Both the position numbers and the translations under genes were made by a program. A stretch of DNA of 64,000 nt, taken from the NCBI RefSeq assembly GCF_006345805.1, contig NC_042997.1, positions 1,426,001-1,490,000 on the forward strand, read 5' to 3'. Positions 1 through 13,510 of the stretch are shown one piece after another. The notes below the pieces were generated by a model. It saw nothing but the letters and a program-made list of their open reading frames with translations. It made no database searches and was not told where the DNA came from. This DNA is from Octopus sinensis (lineage: Eukaryota). Within the stretch, counting starts at the first letter, position 1, and every line of letters begins with the position of its first letter.

Positions 1-90
1 GAAGATGGATGAGAAATGGAGAATTTAGGCAGCCTAAATAAATGAAAATGAGTAACGTCTTTCTAAAACGACCAGCCCAAATATAATATA

Positions 91-1380
91 TTGGGTTGGT
101 AACTAAGTTCCCGCCGATTTTTTAAGTTTTGTAATTTATTGGGTTTTTAAAATTTGGGAATCTATATTCTTTCGAGAATTCTATTTTTGAATCATTTTAG
201 AGTCTATTTTGTTTTTCTTTTCTTGTTAATTTTAGTTAATGTTTGTTTATTTTGAGATCATTAAAATGGAATGTCAAGTTTAGCAAAAGGAGAATTTTGA
301 CACCTCCTTTTTGCTTTTAATGAAGGTTCTGAGGCCGCAAAAGCTGTTCGTGTCATTTGTGCAGTGTATAAAGAGGGTTAAATAGCTAAAAGAAACGGTC
401 GTGATTGGTATGCCAAGTTAAAAAATGCTAATTTTAACCTCAAAGACGCACCTCGTACTGCCCGTCCTGGTGAATTCGATGAAGAGCGATTAAACCAAAT
501 TTTCCACGAAAATTCTCGTCAAACGACAAGGGAACTGGCAGAGAAAATGCCCTCACACTGCTATAGAGAAGCATCTTCACTCGATGGGTAAGGTTCAGAA
601 TATGGAACATGGATTCCGCATGCTTTAAGTGGCAACAACAAAAATCAACGAGCCACAATCTCCGCTAGTTTCCTCGCTCGTCACCGCTCAACTCATAGAC
701 ACAAGCAACGATTACTTTACCAAATCGGTACTGGCGACAAAAAATGGTGCTTGTACATCAATATGAAGCAGCAAAAGGAATGGCTTAGCCCCGGTAAATA
801 AACGACACCGCGCGTGAAAGAAAATCTTCATTCGCTTAAAACGACGATATGCCTATGGTGGGACTCGGAAGGGATTATCCATTACGAATTGTTTGAACGG
901 AACCAAACGGTCAACGCAGAACTCTACGTTCAACAAATAGAACGACTCAACACAGCTATTCAAGAGAAAAGACATAATCGGTAGCATGGTGATCTTCTTC
1001 TTCACGACAACGCCCACCCTCATATCACCAATAAGACCTAGGAAGTCATTCAAACACATGGCTGGGAAGTGCTGCCACACCGGCCGTACTCTCCTGATTT
1101 GGCACCAACGGATTTCCACCTCTTTCGGTTTCTTTCAAATGCTAGGCGCTGAGTTTCGTTTAATACTGATGCAGAATTGAGAGCTTGGTTGGATCAATTT
1201 TTCGAGTCGAAATCGGGTGATTTCTCACAACGAGGTATTGAAAATCTTATTGAACGTTGGGAAGAAGTTGCAAGCAGCAAGTGTGAATACATTATTGATT
1301 AATTAGTTGTTACTTTTTATTAAAGCTTTCTAAAAATTCAAATTAAAAAAAGAAACGGCGGGAATTAGTTTCCAACCCAA
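91..1380 (+). mobile_element. Full-length degenerate mariner (DD34D-type) DNA transposon, 1290 bp
   Basis: TIRs TTGGGTTGGTAACTAAGTTCCCGCCG (91-116) and CGGCGGGAATTAGTTTCCAACCCAA (1356-1380), with TA on both flanks (89-90, 1381-1382). Confidence 0.95.
266..1302 (+). pseudogene. Mariner transposase pseudogene (stops and frameshifts)
   Basis: Starts MECQV*; retains WIPHAL (WVPHEL-like), TGDKKW, HDNA and RPYSPDLAPTDFHLF motifs across shifted frames. Confidence 0.92.
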
Positions 1381-3499
1381 TAAATTAACATTCCTTGCAT
1401 AGAGTCAGAAAGGCATCAGATGCAGAGATCAAGTTGAAATTTCCAAGAATACTTTACTACTTAAAACAAAAAATGAGAGTTAGTTTAGGAAGACAACATA
1501 CAAATATGTCTAATAAGAGAAAACGAAAATCAAAATTTTTAGTGTAATAAAGAAATACAAAAGAAACAAAAGTCAAATAGGTAAATAAATGAAAAGGAAT
1601 TTCTTATCAAGTTGCAGTAAAATTTATAAAAAATACAGAATTACACGGACGTAAACTATTCAGATGAATCCACAAAAATAATAGCAATGCACACTACATA
1701 GAATAATTAACAACATCGATAAAACAAATGTCGCAACCGTACTATATTCCCAAATAATAGTCTCCATTAAATATAACCACATCAACATAAAATTTTCTGC
1801 AAGAAATGTGAATTTGTGCAGGTATCCATTGGAACATCGACACGGAAAGACACAAAATAAGTCAGAAAACAGAGGGAAATGCACGCATTATACCGCACTA
1901 TGGCGGGCTTCTTTCATCCAGTAGACAAGATGTAATGGGTATATAAAGATGATTGCCCTCTCAGAGTTACGCAAAATATACATTTAGAACCACTACACTT
2001 CAACAATCAAGTCGCAAACATTCAAACTAATTTTACTACTAACAGAGAGATAAGCAAACATCATAAAAATACTTAAGCATGTCCTCTATGCACCACCAAC
2101 GAAATTCTATCAATGCTTTCACTGCTAAACCAGACATTCTTAATTCCTTGTCACATCCTACGAATAGGGATGACATCTCTTAAAAAAGTAAGCCTCACAC
2201 ATAAAAGTGTGTGAAGAATAAATTGGGAAAACTGGTTTATTTAGACATTTATTTATGTCACCCTATAAAATTATGAGTTAAATTATCTGTATTTGTTGTG
2301 TTTACAATTTGTTGCATTTACCACGAAAAAGACATTGGTGTTCCTGTCATTTCGACAAGCAATATAAATTTTATCTCAAAGATTAGTTCAGTATTAATCG
2401 AACCAACTTTGCATATGCGAATATGCACGAACACACACACACACATAACGCACGCACACACACACACACACACGCACACACACTGGCGTACACATGCGCA
2501 CACACTCGCATACACACATGCAAACGCACAGATATTCGAAATTTAGAGGGGGCAAATTTCAATATCAACGAAAACAATCTGGCATGCGTTGAGCTTACAA
2601 ATAATAATAGTTGATAAATGCCGGTCACTACTCAAATTTCACAAGTACGGAAATATAGGTCCGAATGGAAAATACCTTCTCCATGCATTCTTCTCAACTT
2701 TGCTTTGCCCAGGTCTCCAATTACATGAGATATGAGACTGTATAAATGTTCAGGTGGAATAATTCTAATCAAAGCCAGACTAAATTTGAGTAGGCAAACT
2801 AACTTCAGAATGTATATTCTCAAACTGAAACAAATAACCAGGAATTGAAATACAATACTGAAAATAAAAGCAAAACTAAAAGAAATCACGAACAACAAAA
2901 TTTAAATATGTTGAAAGTGAAGTTAGATGCAAAGTGTGAAAACCAAAATAAATATGTAAACGATAAAGCTATCTGACTCCTAGAGCGCAAAAACGAAAAC
3001 AAATATACTAAGAATGATTTTATAAGAAAGATTCAAAAGCTGGAAATTCTAAGCATAGAAATCATGAACATGTCAATCTAGAGTTGTTAATAATTAAATA
3101 ACTAAAACCATAGATCTTTTTATGGATCAAGCAAAGTACGTTCCAAGTACGAAATTCAACAGTTAAATAGCAACCAGAACGTAAAAAGCAAACCTGTGCA
3201 TCAGAGATTTAATGGAAACATACAGGAACATCAATATTACACAGGTTAACCAAAACGATGTATGCAGTAAGATCTTGCATTTATAAAAGAAAGTGGGTAT
3301 TTCCTTTGATATTCTCATATCTCACAAACAACATATAAATGATACATACAAAAATGTGACAGAAAATAAAAGGAAATAAAACAAACCATAACGAACTCAG
3401 TGACAAAATGTCATACGACTAAAACTATTTGAAGAAAAAACGCGTAGAAGAAAATACTCAACATATGAAAAAAATAAGAAAAAACTCATTGGAAACAAC

Positions 3500-5310
3500 A
3501 CCGGAAAGCATGTCCTTAAATGCCAAATAACATGATAGTCTAAAAAGAGGGATTGACCTTTGTGAAACACAAACCGTTGGGCTTCAACTCAGAAAACACA
3601 CCTGCAATAATATTCCAAAGCACAAATAAACCAGTGAAAATTCTTTTTAGAAGAGACAAATCAATGAATCAAGTAATCGCATGACTTCAAAGATCATATA
3701 CTGATCAGCATTATCATAATCAAAATTTGTATGAAAATGGCAGGTTTGAGTATGAGATGAATAGATTACAGTAAGCGCTTAATAGCTATCGGCATACATG
3801 TTTCCATGAGAATTATTATTCGTGATTAAGTTGGTACCAACAATAAATATCTACAGAATGCTATCAAAAAGTTTCCGTACAGCAATGATGTGATTTTACT
3901 ATTTAACGAATATGTGAGCACATCAAACGCTCATTGGAGTCGAGCTATCTAATAGCATTCAGTTATAATGCAATGCTTCTTACAGTGTTTTTTTTTTTTG
4001 GACACTTCTCCGATATTTTACAAATGCTGATGAATTCCTACCATGGCGCCGCACAAAAATCTGTTATGGTGTTTCGTATGTCTGCTGCCTAAATTTTTAA
4101 CACACTCAGTCAAGCTAGTTTGAATTTTTCAGGTTTATCCCTGATTTTGTGAGATAAGCACATTCAAGATCTCTCGAATAGCAGTTAAATATCAGGAATT
4201 TAATGGCTCAGAAATTACTAACAAATGTTAGTTAAAATAGAACGAAACACAATCCATCAAACTTCGCTCTCACACACACACAAAATCTTTTACGTAATCT
4301 CTTAGCTAGTCAAGAAAATGCCCCTAATTTTATGAAACACAGCGAGAGTATATTCGGCTGGTTCACAGGAATGGGGGAATTAGAAAACTTCAGTACGATA
4401 ATAACTCCATTACGATAATAATCCAGGAAGCTATAAGGATTTTAGAGAATACTTGTGTATCGTTTATTTACCTTCGTAACCTTCAAAACAAATTTGCTAA
4501 TCCTGTACATACTCTTAAATGCTTGTATTTGTCTATACATGTCAACTGAACAGATTTTTTTCAAGGTGTACAAACTCTTTTTCCAGCAAATTCAAATTTT
4601 CAGGTGTATGTATACATATTTTTTTTTAGGAAAAGCAAATCTTCATACATATAATTAATGCATTACAAATGTTCATCCTATTATGTTTACTACCTAAAAT
4701 GGGATCCATGAAGTACCACAAAATAAAATTCAAGGAAAATCGTAACGATCAACATAAAGTATTGAATTTACTCCTCAATTCACGCAAATACAACAAAGAA
4801 AATTACAAGACAGCATAAGACGAATGCGTTCTTATTTTCTATGCATAAATCCAGTCACACTCCATCTTTACAAAAGATTGCGTTCGACCCGTGCAGAATA
4901 TCTAACTAAAACCCACGCCTTCTCGAAGCTGCATAAATGAAATTACAGAATATATAACAATTACACAAATAACGAAAAAATACTCCACAATCGCATGCAA
5001 CATCAATAAAACATAGAAAGCTTAGAGATAGCCATTATATGTGCACATATATTAAGTAAATACGAAATCATAACGAGATTAAGTAATGGAAATCGTAATG
5101 CTGTCCATAAAATCACGACGAATAGCAAAAAAATGTTCAAATAAAATGAGTATACAGGATATGAAATAAAAAATTCTTAGTATTGTTGTCAAGAAGCTAA
5201 CATTCAAAATATAGAAGTAACTAACTATCGCTACCACAACAAAAAAAGACCTAGAAAAAACAAAAGATCTTCAAATGCTCTAGCACAGGAAATCTCTAGA
5301 GATGGAAATG
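3500..5310 (+). mobile_element. Possible very old Penelope-like RT remnants
   Basis: A-rich strand with scattered PLE-like peptides (a KRGLTF-like stretch near 3545; KSSHTPSLQKIAFDPCRISN near 4850). Weak; boundaries approximate. Confidence 0.3.
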
Positions 5311-5410
5311 AAAATGCAGTTTCAAAATCAATAAACAATAAATCTGGAAACTGCAGGTTTTCTGTTTGTGATTCTGTGCGCACAGGTGTTTGAGTGTGTG
5401 ACGTACATCC

Positions 5411-5868
5411 CTTTTACTCTTTTACTCTTTTACTTGTTTCAGTTATTTGACTGCAGCCATGCTGGAGCACTGCCTTTAGTCGAGCACATCAACCCCAGGA
5501 CCTATTCCTTGCAAACCTAGTACTTATTCTATCGGTCTCTTTTGCCGATGTTACGGGGATATAAACACAGCAGCATCGGTTGTCAAGCGATGTTGGGGGG
5601 GGGGGCGGGGGCAAAGCTAGACACACAAACACGCAAACACACACATATACATACATACATATATATATTACATATATACGATGGGCTTCTTTTAGTTTCC
5701 GTTTACCAAATCCACTCACAAGGCTTTGGTCGGCCCGAGGCTATATTAAAAGACCTACGTGCCACGCAGTGCGACTGAACCCGGAACCATGTAGTTGTTA
5801 AGCATGCTACCTACCACAGACACTCCTGCGCTATAACAATCTACTTACCACACAGCCACTCCTGCGCC
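5411..5868 (-). mobile_element. tRNA-derived SINE, family A (copy 1)
   Basis: Minus-strand head GGCGCAGGAGTGGCTGTGTGGTAAG with B-box-like GGTTCAGTC, internal (TA/TG)n and (GTAAAAGA)n tail. The 5' head is locally duplicated (5807-5831 and 5841-5868). Confidence 0.9.
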
Positions 5869-7006
5869 ATCTAGTCATATAAAGCATTAAAAGAGGCAAC
5901 CAAAAGGATTGTAGAAATTCTTTCAGTAGCAAAATCACATATTAAAAAATTATGATATAAATAGAAGCAGCTAAAATCAAAGTACACATGTAAACAAGCT
6001 CTAATTCTCAAAGAATCTGTTTCGTGAAAGACAAAATGCAACTCCATTAAAACAAACAAACTGTAGGAGTTCTTCCACAATCTTAAACAATTTAGAAATA
6101 ATAAGGCGAAATATTTAGACAAATGAAAATTTCTGTACCATACAGGTAAGTAACAATTTTTTGGCATAGATTATAGGGTGTCAAGAAATCACATAAAACA
6201 CGATTACTTAAGAAATGAATGCTTGTGGCAATGTTTGTAAAGACATTGAAGTTGGTGGGGTAAACACACGAAATTCTCATTGAATTAAAAGAAAATCAAA
6301 GTCTAAGATCAAACAAACCACAATAAACTTAAAATTTCACAACTATAATCAGAATTCCGACAGTTTACAAAACCTGAACGAAAATATATATCGCAGAGGA
6401 TATGTTATCATCTGCTATATGGCAAAAAATTTAACAAGCTCATGTAATAGATTATGGCTAACAAGAACAAACTGAGGAGCTGTGGAGACAAGGGAGGTGT
6501 GTAAATTTATACCAAGAAAGAACAAATGGTCGAAATATATCAAGATAAATGACAGGCTATTCTGTTGATACAAGTAAATGAGAGAATGATACAAAGTTAA
6601 TCCATCTATGTCAGATGAATATAATTCGAAAGGAAATCACTTTGAATTTATTTCACTTCACTGCTGACTTTTGTAATCATGCTCATAAAACAAATTGGAT
6701 TCGTATATGCATGGTAACCAGTGATAACCAACGTTGATGAGCCACGCTACAAATGATAAGCAGTTAGAATGGATATGATTATGAAATTTTGATCTGAGGG
6801 TAAGGAATAAAGAACAATAATACCATTTTGGATACATAAGAAGAAAGCAGCGAATTTCACAATTTATGGGCTTACAAATATTCAAGAAGCAATGACTTAC
6901 GGATAGTGCAAAACCCAAACATGTAAGAAATTTATAGACACTTGAAACTAATATCCCAAAAAGAAATCCCCAAATATTAGTGTATAGCCATGAATATTCT
7001 ACGTGG

Positions 7007-7217
7007 GCAAGGCGTTGAGCTGGCAGAAACGTTAGCACATCGGGCGAAATGCTTAGTGACATTTCGTCTGTCTTCACGTTCTAAGTTCAAATTCCGCCAA
7101 GATCGACCTTGCCTTCATCCTTTCTCAGATTAAATACCAGTTGCGTACTAAGGTCGATCTAATCGATTGGCTCCCTCACCCAAAATTTCGGGCGTTGTGC
7201 CTAGAGTAGAAAAGAAT
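7007..7217 (+). mobile_element. tRNA-derived SINE, family B (Nin-domain-like core)
   Basis: Head GAGCTGGCAGAAACGTTAGCA...GTTCAAATTCC, core GATCGACCTTGCCTTCATCCTTTC...ATACCAGTT, tail GCCTAGAGTAGAAAAGAAT shared with the copy at 55998-56281. Confidence 0.85.
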
Positions 7218-7455
7218 TTTCTGCGTGAGCAATTCACAATATATTAACAATATTCTCATTTTGTGGCGTAGTGAATTATCAAAACTAGAGAAATAAAAAA
7301 ACAGAACATAGACTAATCTTTACCGTAATTATGTTATACTTACCTGGTGATTACTGGTAGGTAGAAGTTATGGTCTTTGAAAGAATATTATGTCTGTCTG
7401 CTATAACATTGCACAATTATCCATTAAAGAACAGTGATAATTATCATTATTTAGG

Positions 7456-7740
7456 TTATTTACATTTGACGGATATTTGCCCTCATCTTGTTTTTTGTTA
7501 ACACAACGTTTCGGCTGATAAACCCTCCAGCCTTCATCAGGTGCCTTGAGGAAATGTTCAGGTCACTGTCTGGGATCGAATCCTCTATCTTGTGGTTAGC
7601 AGCCCGCGCTCTTAACCAGAAGGCTGAAGGGTATATCAGCCGACACGTTGTGTTAATAACAAACAAGAAGAGGACAAATATCTGTCAACTGTAAATAATG
7701 TAAATAATATACATAATTCTTCATCTCTTAAATATAGAAA
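7456..7740. mobile_element. Fold-back element with HHR arms and a central tRNA-like segment
   Basis: About 80-bp inverted arms (7456-7535 and 7619-7698) around a minus-strand tRNA-like piece (7557-7618). Same family as 46110-46522. Confidence 0.85.
7500..7545 (-). ncRNA. Minimal type I hammerhead ribozyme with intact core
   Basis: GGCAC-CUGAUGA-A-GGCUG(GAGGGUUUAU)CAGCC-GAAA-CGUU-GUGUU: stem I GGCAC/GUGUU, 5-bp stem II, palindromic ACGU stem III. Confidence 0.8.
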
Positions 7741-8699
7741 TGGATAATTATTATGTATTAATTATAATCAATTATAATTCATGCATATCGTTACAAAGCA
7801 GGGAGTAAACCAGAAGCGGCTGTCAACTACAAATAATGAGACAAAGAAAATGGGAGCTGCAAAAAATAGAAGCGGAGATTATAATAAAGTTAGAAGCTGA
7901 TCCAAGATTAGCTACAGAATACATAATAATCCCAGATTAGCATTTAGTTACAAAATACCATGGTAATCCGTGGTTAGCTACGGAAACCCATTATAAAAAT
8001 AAAAAAATAGAAATAGGTAAGTGCTTATACCTGAGAAAAATAATTCACATTACTGCCTGAGAAACCTAAACGGAAAAAAGTTTCAGTAGCAGTATAACAT
8101 GATCACCTTCATACAATAACGGGGGATATGTAAAAATGATGCAGAATATATTATTGTATTAATTATAGCTTGGAAGATTCAATTAGTCACCTCTGGTTTG
8201 ACTAATATATCTAATCATAAGAATAATACATCTAAAATCATGATAGGGTTAGTGTATATTCGTTCCACCAATATGAAATAGCAACAGTAAAAGTATCCTC
8301 AAAGAATGTCAAAGAGGCCATGGCTTACTAAATGTCAGTCTACAGAGACAAGGATATCAAGGCTACTTGATATCGAAGAAACTACGGAGAAAGTGTGTAC
8401 TGATTATAGGTTTATTCCTTACGTATGAGAATGTACTTTACAATGAAATGTTAATAACATTCAGATATAACCATCTATATATAAAGATAACCAGAATGTG
8501 CAAGAGTAAAATCTGAATGTAGGACTAAATTTAGGTAAATTTTCCTAATAATAGGTTGTTTGAGAATGATGAAATATCATCAGTCACATACATTATCAAA
8601 ACACCTGGAATGTACAGCATACATTATGAATCTTATCCATAATGTGAAGGTGAAACGAACATAATTCTCAGGTCACTACATCATTAAATCAATCATGTA

Positions 8700-10850
8700 T
8701 CGTACCGCGCGAACTGCTGGTATCTACCCTATCCAGTCTGAATTTCTATAAAGCAAAGCGGAAATCAATCAGCAAAGAGATCCACAACGAAACTGGTCCA
8801 ACATTCTCAACATTGACTTAAAACTCAGCCAGTTTATGTCAACAGTGCGAGCTATATGCACTAAATATATCCAAGAAAGCAAGGCCAGCACACTAATAAA
8901 CAAGATACCCAGGGACAGAAAAATTCTCATAAGACCAATGTCAAAGGTATGAAACCGGATAGATAGGCGAATTAAAGATAGGGGGAAGTGTATCTTAATT
9001 CCTAGAAGTCGAAACCAAAATCAAACTCTGTCAGGAAAGGAAAGAGGAGCGAGGGGAAAAGAGCTGTGGAAAGCATAAAAACAAATCCCGCAGCTTTCTA
9101 CAAATTCGCAAAGGGAACAGCCACAATACAATATAAAATAGGACCATTGTTCCAAGAGAATGACTCACTGACAGCGGACCCTGGAAGAATAAGTTTGATA
9201 CTCAGTGAACAATTTAAAAGTGTCTTCACCTCCCCCCACCAGAACACAGGCAAATAAAACATCTGGCTGAATTCTTTAATATAGAAGCCGTAAAGAAGGA
9301 GGCGCCAGCCATCGATCACATCAACATTGAGGAGACAGATGTAACAGCGGCCATACGAGAAGTGAGCACATGCTTCTCAACTGGTCCTGATGGTTTTAAG
9401 GTGGCCACTTCAGATAATTGGTAAACGTGCAAGTGGTACACTTACTAAAAAGCTGAAAGAAGACAATATATAGCCTATCCACAAAGGTAGAAGTAGAGCG
9501 GAGGCTAGAAACTACACGCTAATCTCTCTAACTTCACACATCAGAAAAGTCATGGAACGAACCACCAGAAAGTATTTTATAATGTTCCTAGAAGAAAATG
9601 ACCTACTGAACAATACCCAGCATGACTTCCGTGCTGGAAGAAGCTGTCTCACATAGCTGCTACAGCACAATGCTTGAATTTTGAAACAGCTGCCTTACCA
9701 TTCACATGTCAGCACGATATACCTTCACTTTGCAAAGGCATTTGATAAAGTATATGCCATGAACGAGGAGTCCTTGGCATTGTTGGTAAACTGGGAGAAT
9801 GGCTGCATGACATCTTTAAAGACAGAAGTCAGGTAGTTGCAGCCAATGGTGCCCTTTCTGATGAAACTCAAATCTCAATTGGTGTTCCCCAGGGAACTGT
9901 TCTGGGGCCATCATTGTTCATAATAACCCTCTTAGATATGCCCATATACGAGTGGATCAAAATATATAGTATTCAGTCTAATGCTGTTAAATTTCAAGCA
10001 CTGCACTATCAATTCACGAATGCACTACAGTTTGCATATATAGGACTCAAAGGCACTACAATCCCAGAGTCGCAGTGAAATACTTGGAGATCAGTATGCG
10101 CAATGACGCTTTCATTTATATGCACATTACCAAGATGTCCGCAAAGTGCAGTCAACTGACAGGATGTATACTGAGGTCCTTCAAGACACGAGATCCTATG
10201 GAGAACCTTTGTTTTCAGCCGTCTGGTGTATTTTTCTCAGTTATGGTAACCACATAGAACCAAAGTAACAGCGGGACTTGAGGGACTCCAATGCTACTAC
10301 ACTAGAAGTATTTAAACAGTGTTGTGGATGAGCTACAGAGAGAAGCTGAGAAAATTGCAACTTTGCTCCCTAGAGCGAAAGTGTGAGAGATATACAATTC
10401 TCTATATATGGAAAACTCTAGAGGGGCTTGTGCCTAATTACGGCATTCAGTTTTATACAAATGCCAGAATTGGCCGCAATTGTATTGTAGAAAAGGTACT
10501 ATCCACTCCCTCTAAATCTGGACTGGGTACTGCAATAATCTAAGGATTCAATGTCCTGCCAAACAATTAAGAAATATGCATAAGATGGAAGTAGGTATGT
10601 TCAGATAGGGATAAGACATCCTCTTCTCCACAATACCGGATGAACCAACAGCCCAACATGAGGTGCAGACAAGGGCAGCAGAATCAAACGCCCTTATATA
10701 CCAAATGGGCCAACAGCTGGGACAAAGTCACATACAGGAGTGGTGATTTTAAAAGCCCCAGTCTGGGGAAATCAGAAAGACCACGGTGGTGCTCCAGCAT
10801 GACCGCAGCTGCTTGGCTGAATCGAGCAAACGGACAAAAGATTAAAATAA
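8700..10850 (+). mobile_element. CR1-group LINE, 5'-truncated, degenerate RT
   Basis: Motifs IKTNPAAFYKFAK, TGPDG, NYTLISLTSHIRKVMER, QHDFRAGRSCLT, FAKAFDKV, GVPQGTVLGP, SYREKLRKLQLCSLERK; 3' stem-loop tail at 10785-10846. Confidence 0.88.
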
Positions 10851-11729
10851 TACAAAAATCGCACTAAAAAAGTCACTTAACACGTGCTACGTTACGTACT
10901 CTTAAAATAGTAATAACATACAATAACAAAACTTTGTCACATTGAATATGTCAACAGCTGCTACACTTGATTAAGTGACGACGCGTAATAAAAGTCCTGT
11001 AAAAAATAGTAGTGATGTAAGTGTGTTTATGAACTTTCTCTTGATTAAACTCTCAGGAGATATTCAACGAAAAACAGCCACAAAACAATTTAACCACACA
11101 CACAGAAAAAAAAATTGTAAATAGGAGAAAAAAAGTCGGGGATGGGGAAGTATTGTTGTGGTAATTGAAACGGAAATAAGTGACACGAAGAATGATATGC
11201 CAATATGAATGTTTAGTTTTCAAAACACTGTTTGTGACCTCAATACTATTTGAGTTAAAGTATATGGTTCAGAGAAAGATAGAGAGTAATTTTCAAAAAT
11301 AAAATGTTATTAACTGAAATAATTATTTGGAAGATTGCCAATGGCATTTTTGCCATAATCAAAGATGTTGTTTTCCTGTAAATTAAAATTTTCATTTTAT
11401 TGCATCATATTCGTTTCATCCCTTTGTTTTATTCACCCACGACTCTAAACATTTATGCTACAACTATTACAGATATTGTGACTATTGATATGGAAAGCTT
11501 CTAACATCTGTACAACAGGAATATTAATCAAGCTTTTATAAATGAAATATACTTACTGCTGCCCCATATATTATGGTATGCTGACTCCCAAAGTATTTAC
11601 AATCGAACAATAATTATGGGGGGAATTTGGCGACGCTAATCAAACATATGGTAACACATGTCGATGGAGAATTTCACTTTATTTCGATCAAAATAACAAC
11701 AGCAAACAACCTAGCTAGTCAAAACCATT

Positions 11730-13510
11730 TGTACATTTCTATGTAGTACTTTATTCCAATACGCCTCTTGATGGCTTCTGATATCCTGCTCCCAAGGACC
11801 CAATATAACTTAATCATATCTTCACCCTCTTCCTATCTCAAGGTGGAGAGGGTTGTGTTTGTCTATTTTTTTCACCTTCCGTCTATTCCTTGCACGTGAC
11901 ATTAATTATAGAGTACGTGCAGTTCACATTATCCACCATCACTATGTTGGGTTTGTTGTGCTCAGGCACCTCTTCAGTTTGGATTGTGAAGGTCTCTGAC
12001 TGCGTCACACTATGTGGTTTGTGCACATGCCACGTCTTTCTTCTCTCTACTCCCCACTTTTCACATGTTTCCAATGTAGCAATGTCGCTACGTCATCGTG
12101 TCGCCGCGCCTTATATTGGTTTTGGGCAGGTCAAGACCATTCGTTCATGATATGGCCTATAGTTTCGTTAATTCTATTACAGTTACTGCACAGCAGAGGC
12201 ACTTGTTCATTAATAAAGTTGACACTCCAATTTATGATCTTTACTGCAAATATTGTGGTCTCTGTCTCTTTTTTCAGTGTTCATTTCTGCAATAGTTCCA
12301 CATATGTTCTCCAGGAACTTCAGTTGTGACTATATGGAATAATTGTGTAGTCCCTTATTGCATACTGCGTCTTCATCTCCTTGTACTTTTTGTTTTATTG
12401 CTTCCTTTTTTTGCCCTCATCTCTCAGTGCTGCGAGCAAGCTTTTCTAACCTACAGATAGATACCTCAACAAGTTCTCAAGTTGCATATGCAAGCAGTCT
12501 TCAACATTTGTCAGTCCCTTTCCTCCATTTTCTCTCTTCATGTAAAAGCAATCAAAGTCTACATGTGCATGATGTGCTCCATGCATTATTAGGAAGGAGC
12601 TTTCCTGATTTCCTGTCCAACTCCCTTAGCTCGTCCTCTGGCTGGACTAGTCAGTTCAGTTCTGTGTCACATTTTGTAAACAACTTCAAATCGTCCATGA
12701 ATTGCAGGTAATTAACCTTTACTCTATCACTTTCCAGATCATGCCCCAACTTTGTCGCCTGCAGTATTTCACTCAAGATAATCTTTCCCAGTTCAAGTAT
12801 CAGTAGGGATATACTGTCCACTTGCAAGATTTCTCGCCCAATTTTCATTTCTGTTATCTGACTACCTGCTGTCTATTCAGTACTTCAATATTTCGTACTG
12901 TCCAAATTTAAGTGTATCGTGTTTTCTGATACTCCATACATTTCCATAGTTCTTGTTATCCAAGAATGTGGTAGTATATCGCATGCTTGACGGTAATCAA
13001 TCCATGCTATTCTCAGATTTGGGTGGCTTCTCTTGCGGTCTCCGATGATTAGTTTATCAATTAAAAATTGATCGTTTGCTCTCTGTCTCCTCTTTCGGCA
13101 ACCGTTTTGTTCAGTAAATGGCAGCCCGCCTTTTCCTACGTGTTCATACAGTTTACTGGTAAAAGCACCAGACAAAATCTCCTACATTAGTGAAAGACAT
13201 ATCATCAGTCAAACGTTGGGTAAAATGTTAGCATTTTCAAGATCCTTGACGAATAACAGTGTCTTTCCTTTCGTCATCCAGCTGAATTCAGTGCCGTCCT
13301 GCTAATACTTATCCAGCTGTTCTGCTATATTTTTACCAGCCCTCTTAGTCTCTTCATCCAGTAACCTTGGACACTATTTGGCTCTGAGTTCTTCCTGTTT
13401 GGATTTTTACTTTCCTGTATTTATATTTCTATTCTGATGACCTTGTATATTTCTTAGCCTATATTGGATTTCCCGCAGCCATATCTGCTTCATCATTACT
13501 GTTTACAGGT
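11730..13510 (-). mobile_element. R4/Dong-like non-LTR retrotransposon fragment (RT plus REL endonuclease)
   Basis: QNGCRK..ANDQFLIDK, AWIDYRQACDILPHSWI, YLQFMDDLKLF and HNKPNIVMVD motifs in the minus-strand ORFs. Confidence 0.85.
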
